From NCBI RefSeq assembly GCF_002571385.2, contig NW_019217787.1:2180555-2244554 (forward strand): a DNA stretch of 64,000 nt. The letters run 5' to 3'. The notes under the pieces were generated by a model. It searched no databases. It was not told where the DNA came from and worked only from the letters and a program-made list of their open reading frames with translations. The position numbers and the translations under genes were made by a program. Source of the DNA: Stylophora pistillata (Eukaryota). Positions 1-12,200 of this stretch are shown here, one piece after another. The number at the start of each line of letters is the position of its first letter. The stretch's first letter is position 1.

Positions 1-2160
1 TGGCCATTTTTCCAATATGGATTTCTAGAATTTCTAGTCCTTGTCTGGTGCCTTAAATACATTGTATTTCAATACACAGAACTTTAAAGCTTATAAAAAA
101 GAGTAGGAGAAAACATCGGTTTTTTATGAAGCTCTTTGAATTATCATGTTTTAGACAAAAGTGAGATTAATTTTTGTCACTATTTTGTTTTCCCTTTTGT
201 TTTCAACACCATTTTTCAGCTGTAACCAACCAATAAAAACTGGAGTTGTGGATTATCATCTGTCTGCTGAATTACTTTTCCTTTTAGTGTTAATTTGTTG
301 AAATGAAATTTTAGGAAGAAAGAATTTTGTTTATTATTCTACCTTTGATGGATCTGGCACTAAATTATTATTGTGCAGTTATTTGCATTTAAATCCTTCT
401 TCTGGTACTTAAAAGACAGTTAAAGTTTCCACTTGTTTTAACTATATGTTTGATATATGAAATGATATTGTGGCTTTAGATTGGCATAAAACTGGATCAT
501 TTACTACAGAAAGACTTATCTATCTTTTATTTGGTCATTTTATTATTATAGACATTGGGTACAGATTCAAAATACTGGGGATTTAAAAAGAGCTTGCTGT
601 TTTGAATATGCTCAATGCTATGTAATCAAAAGCAGGTGTAAAAACATAATATGTACACTTTAATTATGAAAATTTGAATAATAATGATGGAACCAACATA
701 CATTGTACAGTAACCAGTGTTGTGTTTTTCACCCAACTATTCAATAACAACCGCTATATACCATGTCTTTAGAAACGTTCATGAATTTGCATCTATGCAA
801 AATAGTTCAAAGCAATTGAGAGTTTTTTGCCCTAAAGTTTTGTAAATGGCTCTATTTTATCATGGGTTGCCAAAATGGGACTTATGGTGTCAATCAAGGT
901 GATTTATTTTTTGTAGTAATTTCATTTTATATATTCAGTGCTTTCAGATGTAATTTGTATTTTCTGTGCCAGGCTGCAATTCTAATATGTCTCGTTGCAA
1001 TCTATCCATAGCTTCTAAATTTTGAGTTTACCCTTTAATTGAATGACACTCTTTGTCTTTTGTGTATGTTTGGAAATAAAATGTAGGTTTCTTTTCTCTT
1101 AAACTGCAAATGCTAAAGGCAGTTGTGTTTTCCTAAAAGATGGAGCAAAATTTGTTTCTTGTTTTGGCTAGAATTATCTTGTTAGAACTATTTTCTTAAA
1201 ATCTCTTGGATTCTGCTTTCAATGTGTTGTTCAATGGTAAGTACTCAGGGTTTATGTAGATACACAACAATTTTCTCCATTCATTAGGTTTTGTCTCTAA
1301 TAGTTTAGGAAATGTCTATTTTCTATCAGATGTAAGAACTTTAGATCAAGTTGTGTCTAGTAGATTTATTTTTGCATCATAATTTCCCCTGTTCTGCATA
1401 GTTCTAATGTAGAAGTCCATGTTCTATGTCTGTAGGAAAATATTCTTTTTAGTTGGATTTACTTAAAATAAAATAGGTAAATAAGTGTTGTACTTTTGTG
1501 TAGGAAGTTACCTCAAATTTAAGAAGGAGATTTTGGTCATCATTTTGACTTAATCCTAAACTATTATGCAGAATGTAGGGTGGAAAAGTTTGTGCCCCAG
1601 TGTACACTATATGAGGGGGTGGGGGGAGGGGTCAGAACTTTTTACAAATAGAGAACTTTTTACAAATAGAGTCTCTGCATATTAAGTACAGATCATTAGA
1701 CTGAACACTGAGAACATGTTATTTACATTCCTTGCTCTGATTATAGCCTTAACAGTACCACTCATAACATACACAACATCTCGAAAATTGTGTTTTCGGT
1801 GTGGATACTAAATGTCCCAGCTTGCAGCATTTTGAGCAATTTTCTTGATTTTTGTTAAGTGATATAATTGTTCTGGAGTCTCAACCTTTTACTCACAAGA
1901 TCTTTTTGATAATTCTCCATACTGCCTTCCATACAGTTCTTATGATATGAGCTGGTAGAATTTGGTATTGGATCAATAATAATCCCAATGGATTCTTTGC
2001 TTTATTCTCATCACTGATCTGCTTGATACTGTATTGGTATTGTATGGAGAAATTCTGTCTTTGTCACTTATGAGAGTTAAGCATAGACTCTTAGACACAT
2101 TAGCCTAAGACCTATTGTTCCAAGCATTGTTTTACATCTGAATTTTCCTGGTTTCTTCAG

Positions 2161-3252
2161 AGATGCTCACAAATGATTTAACACATGGAGTGGCATTTGA
2201 GAACCTTGCACATGATGAGATGGACATTCAACGCCCAAGGAGCGGAAGCCTTCCAGCTGTTCAGTTTGCAGAGGATTCTGGAGACAGTGATAAAGAGGTG
2301 AGCAGGACTGAAATACTTGAGTACTCTCTCAACCTTTTACCTTTTCTCCCATGAACATCAATTAATTTCATTTTGATCCTGATGTTTCCAGTTGTCCAGG
2401 TGCTGTCACAGTGGTGACTGAAATTTTGACAACCTGAGTAGAAACTGTCTTTAGTGGTGAAAGATCAAACTACACGATCAAATGTAAACACATGATTCAA
2501 AGAATTTCTTTTGGTAATGCCAGTTGTAAGGGCTTTTTTACTTCCTCCATGACTGTTGTCTGAGTTAGAGGTCATCAGAATACTTAGTAACTCTATGATA
2601 GAACATTGGTCAGCAAAACTTTGATAGTTCGAGGTTCCACTTTTTGTGGGGGAATCATATTTTTCTTTGTATTTCATTGGTTACAAATGGATTATATCTT
2701 TGGATCTTTTTTTATCTATCAAGAAATCATTATAAGCCTTTAACATTTGCTAAAAAACAAACGTTAATTCTTGCGAATGATGTAATAAATATTTATTTCT
2801 TTGCAGAGTCATTTTATCAGACATGACACCCCACACCCAAGGGATCTCAAATCTCGCCATCCAAAGATAACCATGCACAAAATGCACAAGGGTGCGGATC
2901 CTGTGGACGGAGTGATACTCAAGTCGCGCAAGTCCTTTACAGTATGTATCTTATTGCTTTCTCCTTGAAAGAACTTTGAAAAACACACCTAACATCTTAG
3001 TTACTTTTCTGCTGCAAAGTGCAAATGGTGCTTTATTTTCAGTTGTGGTGCACAAGCTACAGAATCAAGGGTCCTGCAAACATAACATTCTTTGAAATGT
3101 CATTGCAGTAGAGTATGTCATCAGCAGATGAATTGACCTGCATTACAGACCTGTTATCTCTTGGTCTTCAATTTGCCTGACTGTGTACAGTAAACATATC
3201 TCTTTAAGACATTTTATTGTGTAGTATCACTGAGTATATTTATGAGTTGTGT

Positions 3253-3286
<34 letters not shown>

Positions 3287-6200
3287 ACAAATAAAGAGTA
3301 AAAATACTCAGTGATACAACACACCAAAATGTCTCGTAAGTTATTTATTATCCAACATGCCAAATTACTATTTTAGTGGGGGTGAATTTCTTGGATATTT
3401 ATTTACGGGGAGTGTGTGATGGAAGTATGCAAAGTGGAACAGAATTGGTGCATTGTTGTGTTGCTGTTTCTATTTTCTTCAATAAGTAATGAAATTTCAT
3501 TGTCGTCTAACTGCTTTTCTTCATTTAATTTATCTAATAAACTTGGATCAATATTCACCAGCCATTCCAACTCTTCATTGTCAGAAAAATGATTTAAACT
3601 ATTTACCATTTTTTTTGGAACTTCAATCCAATTCGTCACTTGTGTGATGCAAGAAAACCTGTCTAAATGGTTCTCTAAAGTACAAATACTGCATGATATT
3701 TGTACTCGTCTTGGCTGTTATTTTTACTGTACAGAGTGTAGTTGAATAATAAATGAAGTTACTTTCATTTCAGGATGAGGAAAGTGGATCTGATACTGAA
3801 TTCCGACCAAGAAGAGCAAGTTTTGAATTAAAACCTGAGATATCTGACAAGAAACAGGAGACAGTTCCAGAAGCAAGGAGTGAAAAGAAGGGAGTGGGAT
3901 TTTCTGTGGAAACACCAGAACAGAATGAAAAACAACCTGCAGAACAGGTAAGACACATGATCAAATTTTCAACATTCAATGTATTTGGTTGTTGTCAGAT
4001 ATGAGTGGTGTGAGTCTGTGTGTCTGTTTACCAAGATACACAGAGAGGAAAAGTGTAATATTAATCTTAAATTGATTTTTTCCCTTGTAGGGTTCAGGTT
4101 CAGAAGATGATGGTGAAAGAGAGCAAAGAATTCGTTTTGAAGGAGAGGACCACCCTGAAACAGAAAGGCATGACAAATTACGGAGACGTGACACGCCGCA
4201 CTATCTGAAAAACAAGAGGATTGATCTCCAGTCAAACAACCAGGACAAAGTCATGGAAATATTAGCCAAAGCGGGAAGCCGTGAGGGTGACGAAGAACAC
4301 AAAAATGACTCTGTAAGCCACAACTTTTATTCTGCATGATAATAAGCCATACTCTCAGTTATTGCAAATGTTGTTTTCATGGAGCTTAGCAAAACTCTTA
4401 CGTGAAAAGTTGTGAAGGTTGGCGACTAATTGTTAGCCCTTTCACTCCCAAAATCTCATTTAGTAATTCTCCCTACTGTCTGCCATATAAAGCTGGTTAT
4501 TTTGGTTCAGATAATTTTGCATTAGATCAACTTATAATCCCCTTATTGATATTTCTTTATGCTTCTCTTCCTTGTCTTCTTGACTTTGTACTAATTTTAT
4601 AAGGAGAAATTCTGTCTTGGTACCTCATGTGAGTTAATTCGTTAAACACACAACCAAATGGAATTTCTTTCTGGTGATATCAGTTACATGATGTTGTTTT
4701 GTTTGATAGAATGAAGATGGCAGACTTGATGGGGAAACAGAAGGTATGTGGAGTCTGTAACATTTATGACAGGTGTTTAAAGTGTGGTCATCCTCATTGC
4801 ATGAAGTATGAACATCTTAGATTAGTTATGTGTTTATTACATGGTGCTTGGATCAAACCTGTTTCTTTTGAATTTGCTGGTTTTCAAGAAACAAAACATG
4901 GCTTATAACCATTTTGTGGAAACAGACTGTATGACAGAATCCTAACCAAGTTAAAACCAATCTGCTTGCGAGGATTTACCTCAGTCACTCCCTCCAGTAA
5001 AGAAGAGATAATAATACCCCAAAAAAAGCTATAAAGAGTAAAGACAATTGTGTTACTGAAAATTACAATAAAACAGTAATATTCGTAGGCATAAAAATGT
5101 CTGAGACATTGTTCAGACATGTTTAGAGACATTTTAGCAGCTCCGATTAACGTGACTCTGAGAAGGGCCCAAGAGATATTTATGCCTAAGAACATAAACT
5201 GTCATACTCTCACTATCACTTTGGAGGCCATTGAGAAAAAAAAAACTGAAAAAAATTACAACAGAACAGTCTGAAAAATCACACAAGCATGTGATTGGGC
5301 TAAAGCACTTCTTACTCCACCAAAATCTTTCTTTTAGTTCACAGAATGTGCCACAATACGTGAAAAAGTGATTATGATATTCTCTCTTGATTTCTCAATG
5401 AATATAAAATTTGCGAAAGTTGAAGTGGTTTATATCACCTGACTTCCACTTCCCAGCAAGAAATCAAATATGGTACTTGGTGATTTTTTTCTTTTTTTCA
5501 GCTCTCTATTATTTTATGTGTGTCACACTCGTAAATTGTGGCATAAATTAGCCTTCGAAACAGGTAATTGAGGTAATTTAATTTTTATGTCAGGAGTACA
5601 ATATCACAACTGGTGAGCGCAATATTGAAAGTCCTTTTTGAAGCTTGTGCTCCACAAAATTCTTAGGAGCTGAATTACTAGTAAAATTACAGGATGTTTG
5701 CCGGTAGAAAACGTTTTTTTTTTTTTTTTTCGGTCTCAGGACTGGAAAGAGTGTAAAAAACATTTTCAGTGTAATATAAACTGTGCTGTTAATAGAGGTT
5801 TTGCACAGTAGCCATGTTGGATGGCAGGAGCAATAGATTATTTTACCCATGGTACCCATGGGAAAATTTTTTCTTTCTTATGCAAAATATTTTCATTGTT
5901 CCTGCCATCCAACACGGCTGCTGTGCAAAACCTCTGTAGTTGAAAATATCAGTGGCATCTTTTGGGAGTAAGTGGGGAATGATAGATTGTTGAAAGCATT
6001 AAATTTGTGTTCCGTTTATGTGAAGTGCACTGAATATTAATGAAAATTGTTATATGGGTAATTTTAAACAAAATAATTTTTTTTGGTGTTCCTGAGCATG
6101 TAATCCAAACAAATAGAAATATTTCATGCTTTTTATAAAATCTGTCAGTGGAAAATTTTTGAATTTATTTGAAACATGGGAGTGCCTATGTTTCTGATTT

Positions 6201-9200
6201 TTCTGTCATTGTAGAGATCTTTCATTGAGTTTCCATTATGTTTATAACAACAGGCTTTGTTTTTAATTATTTATCAATTTTTGCCACATGTAATGTTTGA
6301 GGAAAAAAGACCTGCTTTGCATATCAAGCTCTTTGTTACACCTGTGTGTATGTGTCCAATGTGCTCTGGCCTCTCTATTCAGAATTTCGAGATTCTTGCT
6401 CTCTGCTAAGCTATAAAGTATGGTTGTCTCTGTGCTAGGAACATATGGGCCTTTTACAGTGGTTTGGTCAGGTTAGGATGGGCGTTTTAATGTTTTCTTC
6501 ACAGTTTTCACATCATTTGTCCATATGGTGTCTATGTTGCAGACATCACATATGTATGCAAATACATCTTTAGACTGATAACTTTTGATGGCTGCTACTT
6601 GCAAAGTTAGAGGCGTTAAAAGGCGCCAGTCTTCACCTTCTTAATTGTTGTATTTTTGTTTCAATTTGCTCTCTCAATCTCAGTTTTGAAGAACGTGGAA
6701 TTACTTGTTGGAAATTTAGATGTTCTCTCTGCAGGAAATCCTAAGAAAATATTTATCTTTTAATGAAGTAGAAGTGTTCGTGAAGTATTTTTTTTTTTTT
6801 TTGAACTGATGGTTTGTTAATGGTAATGTAACAGGAGTATCTCCTCCTTGGTAAAGATTTTAAAATTGCATTTAGAATAGGTTTTCATGGGGAATGTTAC
6901 CATGCTTACCAAAATTTTTCCTTGTAAAATAATTTAAAGCTTGAATAATAATAATTCCATTTGGTCATTACAGGTGTGATACCTGTTAAATCCTGACATG
7001 CCTGTAAACACAAGCCTGATTTTAATTCTAAAAACATGGTTTCAACGTTATTGAAAGCTGGTTTTTATTTCTTAGAACTGGCGAAGGGAATTTGTACTTG
7101 GTGCACTGAAAGTTTCATTATTTCATTTCAAATACAGAAATTAGCTTAAATAAAAAGCAAATAGAATCTGGTTGCGTTGGTTTTCCTAGCTTTTGCACAG
7201 TGCCGTAAATAATGTTCAGAAAATTACTCAGACAGTTAACGTGAAATTGAATATATTTAATTTGGATTGAATGTTAAGTAACGTTAAAATGTTTTCAATG
7301 TTGTGCCGTTTGCCAAAAGTGAAACCAAACAAAATCTGTCCGCGAGTATTTGATTGCGATTTACCTATTACTCTCTATTTTATTGTAATTGTCGTATGGT
7401 TTTACTGAGTACAAGATAAGATCTGAAATTTAAAGTGAAACGTATGGATCAGGTGTGACTGGTTTTGGTACATAGTTCCATCCTAAAAACTGCAAGGAAA
7501 GGAAATGTGGTTATGGCTGTCGAGAAAGTGCTTTGAAATCGTGTCATTAATTGTTTTTAGTAATGTTTATTTAATGACACAAACTTTTCATAGTTTAAAG
7601 GAACGATAACCGGTACATCTGCTGCAAAATGAACAACTTGTGCATGCACGAAATCATATTTTTATTTTTTTCATCATTAGTGAAGAAGAATGTCGGGCTG
7701 AAACGTTAAGTTAAGTTCAGGTTAAAGGCATCTTCCACCTGCTTAAAGTAGAGCTCGTTGTTGTATTCTCACTGGGCCACTTTCCATTTTCCATCCAGGA
7801 CCAGAGGAGCATGTGAGCTTTCAGGAAAACATGATTTGGTTATCGAGAGTTATACTGCGCTGCACTAGTTTGATCAGAAATAGGGAGCAGCGTCAACTGC
7901 TACAAACGAATGTGATTTACTTGATTAACTTTAATCTCAACGCAACTGTTTCTGTATCTTATATCATGAGATGAGAAGGGTTACTTTCACTCACATGTGA
8001 GTTGAGTTTGCTATCGGTTTGTTGTTGATTAGTTTCTAAAAAATTTGGCTGGTAATTGCTGACACTTTCTACCAGTGACTGTCGAGCATCGGAGTTGAAT
8101 GTTAACTATTTCTATCTTGTTTTACTAACAAAGAGCTGTGTTGTATTTTTCAGAAGGTCCAGTGCTAAAAAGAAAACCGACTCCCCCTAAAGGATTGGTT
8201 TGTCTCACCAGTGAGGAAAAGAAAGCTGAAAGTGACGATGAACAAGAACTTGTCACGGTCACAAAAGTCGTGGAGGAGGTACAAAGAAGTCTGTGTGTGG
8301 TGGTTGTGTTGGAGTAGGGGAGGGAAGTGTGGGGTTTAATTACCTTTCAACTATGTCAGCATTAGTATACGTTCGAAGTGGAGAGAAACTGTTTTGGGTT
8401 TGCGGGTTTGAAGCTAATTAACACGTTTTAGAGAAAGTAATGTGAATTGACAAGTGTCGTACTTTGTATTGTTGTAGTCACGATGCCCCATCGAAAAATA
8501 CATTGAGTACAGCTCCCATGTTTTTGATAAAAATAAACATCCAGGGATAAACTGGGGTAGGACCTGAATTGTGGAAGCTTTCCTGTTTCTCGAATTGTAT
8601 TTCTTTATGCTTTGATTATTGTTCTTTCCTCTGCAGATTGAATACACGATCCACCGGAATAACAAGGGCCTCGGAATTAATATTGCCGGTGGAAAAGGTT
8701 CCACCCCCTATCTGGGAAATGACGAGGTTAGGGAGAAGATCATGCTTGATTACATTTGCTGCTTAGTCAGCCATTTGGGTTCAAATTTTAAAACCGTTTT
8801 TTTTTTCTCGATATTTTGTTTTGGCGCCGAATACTTGCGACTTTTTGTAACAATATGGAAAAATTCATACTTTGTTTCGTTTCTTGCAGGGAATTTTTAT
8901 CTCGAAGATTTCAGAAAATGGTCCTGCAGGCCAGGACGGAATTCTTAAAACGGGCGACAAAATCATCAAGGTAACTTTATAATTCACGATAGATGAATTA
9001 TAAAATTCATGCTCTATGGTGTTTATTTCCAAGCACTTTAATTGAAAAATAGGCACTTTAAGGTCAACTGCAGCAAACTTTGATTAAGGGTAATGTCTGT
9101 AAGTTCATTACAAACTGATGCACGTCAATCGCTGTTGACATTAACCCCCCCTAACTTGGTTCTAATCTCTCCTTACAATATTACCCTTGAATCGAATGTA

Positions 9201-12200
9201 AAGATGATGAAAATCAACTAAATGATCACCAATTTAACAAACCCTGATTGTCAAAAAATTCTTCTCGTCAGTACGACAGGAAATGTGAAGAGAACAGTGC
9301 AGAGAATTTGAATGTTAATGTTACGATGTAAAGGGTCAAGAATATTGCCGATTTTAAATTATTATGATATTTCTTTATACATTTGAATTTGAAGGTTTTA
9401 CGGTATCTGAGAAAGGAGAGATTCCTTTGTTTGATTGAATACATGCATTATGACGTCTGTATTCATCATCCTGATAAATGCAACATGAAGTTTTTTCCTT
9501 TTTTAGGTGAATGGGGTGAATATATCCACCGCCACACACCATGAAGCGGTACATGTCTTGAAAAATGCTGGAAATGACATCCACTTAGTTGTCGTTAGAG
9601 AAAGAGAGGATCTGGAAAAGAGAACGGTTACTAAAACATCTCGAGAAAACCTGATGGTTGCAGAAGATGCTGATTTAATCGATGAAGCTCTGGAAGAAGC
9701 TTTTACCAAGGAGGAAGTTGATGAAGTCCACAAGGAGCCAGAACCTGAGCTGCCAAAGGTCAGGTTCAAAGTGAAACTTAGCGTCAGGGATTGCACTATG
9801 CAGGGGTTTCAGTAAAAGCCGGGTATTGGCGGTTTACCGCTGATCATAAGACTTCTCACCGCCGTCTGTTTTACCTGCGAGAATACTGGTCCCCTATGTA
9901 GCCATGTTCACACTATAAGCATAAAAACACTTTGACTTGTTATTTCGTAACGCTAGTGTCGTCATGTCACCATTGTGAATCAGGCTTTTGTCCTCACTGC
10001 GCATCTGTCAAACGGCTTGACCGGTAATGAGGAGGAGAAACAGTAGTTTGATCAGATTGTGTCATGTGCTGCAGGTGCCCGAAGAGCCACCAAAGGAGGA
10101 GACCAAGAAAGTGGGTGTCAGATTTGCTCCGGAGCCTGAAATGGAGGAGATTCAAACTAAAACAGAGGTATTCTTGATGGCAGTGGAACGTTTGCTTTTA
10201 ATAAATGATACGCCTTGCGTTTACGTACCGTGAAGCTAATCTGGAGTTTTAGGAAGGATTTATTGCGAGGTCTACTAAACCTCTCTCATGAGAAAGACGG
10301 GCATTTTGTTGGAGCCAAAAGTAATAAAAGAGAAGGTTTCAAGTAAAAATAAAGTGTGAGCTATAGAGAAAATGTGATTAAAATATTCTTAACTTACAAT
10401 TTTCAATTGATTGGCCTGTTACCAAATGAGTAAATAGGAGGTAAGTTAGGGATTTTGTTCAATATTTTTATGATTTATAAAGATGTTCTATCTATGTCTT
10501 CCAGAAAGAGACAATTACACTAAAGCGAGGAGGTGAGAAGGGCCTGGGGTTTAGCATTGCGGGGGGTCGTGGCTCGACGCCTTATAAGGATGGCGACTCG
10601 GTATGTGGAATTCATTCAGATCAAATTTTTTCATTTCATTTTCCGTTGAGAGCATCATTGATGCATTGGTTTTCAATAATCAGTTTGTGAATAACCTGAC
10701 AGATGATACTGGAGCGGGTCTGTGGTTTCGTCATAACCGACAGGTGCAATTTTTTTAAGCCTTCGATAGATCCTAGGCATTGTTGTTGTTTAAAGTTAAG
10801 CGTCAAAGTCTTTTGTTCATCGATCGTATTTACTTTATAGGGAGTATTTATCTCGAAAATTGCTGAGGGTGGAACAGCTGAGCGAGATGGGAGACTTCAA
10901 GTTGGTGATAAAGTCCTTTCGGTGAGTCTCAGTTGTTGCCTTAAGTTGTTAGAGCAATTTTCAATGGAGTGTTGAAAGTAATCCTTAACTGCTCTGCTTT
11001 TGCTTTATTTTGCTCTGTGATTGGTCCAGAAAACTAGCGCCACTCTCTCAACCAATCAGATGGAAAACTTAAACCAATCACGACTTGGTCGCCCGCGTTT
11101 TCCTACGCTTTAGGCAGTGTGGTTGACTCTTTTGAGTTTGTTTTGGCTCTCCTTTGAGTTTGTTTTGGCTCTCCTTTGAGTTTGTTTTGGTTCTCCTTTC
11201 TTCTGATAGATTTTGGGATTACTTTGGTTTTAATTTACGACACTTAATCGAACGCGCCCTATTCAGTAGTGTAATGTCATCTGCAATCAGTTCGCAGTAG
11301 AAAGTAGTCTTCTGATTGTTCTCGTGCTTTATGTTATCTTTGCCACGTAAGTTCCGTTCTTATTTCCTCATCCCCTGTTTTTTTTGTTTTTTGTTTTCAT
11401 TGTTTTTTGTCAGATAAACGGCAAGGACATGAAAATCGCGCGACATGAGGACGCGGTAGGCATGTTGACAGGCGGCCTTTCCTACGTCACGCTTGTTGTT
11501 GTTCGTGAACGTGTGATAAATAAGAGAATGTTACCTCTCTCTAAACTGCAGGATCAGACTGTACTCAACAAGAGATTACCACCAAAGGTAAGCTGAGTCA
11601 CTTTATCTCTGGCTCTTATTCACTGTTTCTTTTTTGCGATTAGAAGTGGTATGTGAAGGTTCCGCCCCATTGGAAGTTCGGCCCCGATTACCTTGGCGAG
11701 TTCACCCCCCTACGAGGTGAAAGATTTGGGATGAATTTTTTAAGTGAGGGGGGGGGGAACTCGCCCTATTTCAGCAAGGGTAGGAGGTTCGAACTTGAAA
11801 TGGGATGAAACCTCCATAAATCATAGACTCGCAGATCCGCACGTAGTCATTAATGCACACGCTCATCGAGGCTGAAAAGTAATCACCTGACTGTTAAATT
11901 TCTCTCAAGCCTGAATTGAACCACGTAGCGCCAGAGAAGGTAGCAGATGTAAACCACACGGACAAAAATGGGACTGCCGAACTGGATATTGAGGTGATGA
12001 TTTTTGATTTTTACACGAACAGATTACCAATACCACTTTACGGGTGTTCGGGTGTTCGGATGTTGGGGTGTTTCGTTGTGTTTTTTGTGCAATTTTCAAC
12101 CCCTTTAACTCCCAGAAGTGATTCACATGTAACTACTCCACATACTATGCACAAATAATCCAGAAAACAGGTGATGAAAATCCTCAAACTTTTCAGTTAT

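Noticed and set aside
1185-1241. Upstream Scribble exon with a strong GTAAGT donor
   Set aside because: The frame required to join exon 2161 contains a TAA.
7680-7710. Another hammerhead (TGAAGA..GAAACGTTA)
   Set aside because: The core lacks the leading C and there is no convincing helix I or II.
11130-11197. CRISPR-like direct repeats
   Set aside because: Head-to-tail tandem repeat with no spacers, inside a MITE, in eukaryotic DNA with no cas genes.
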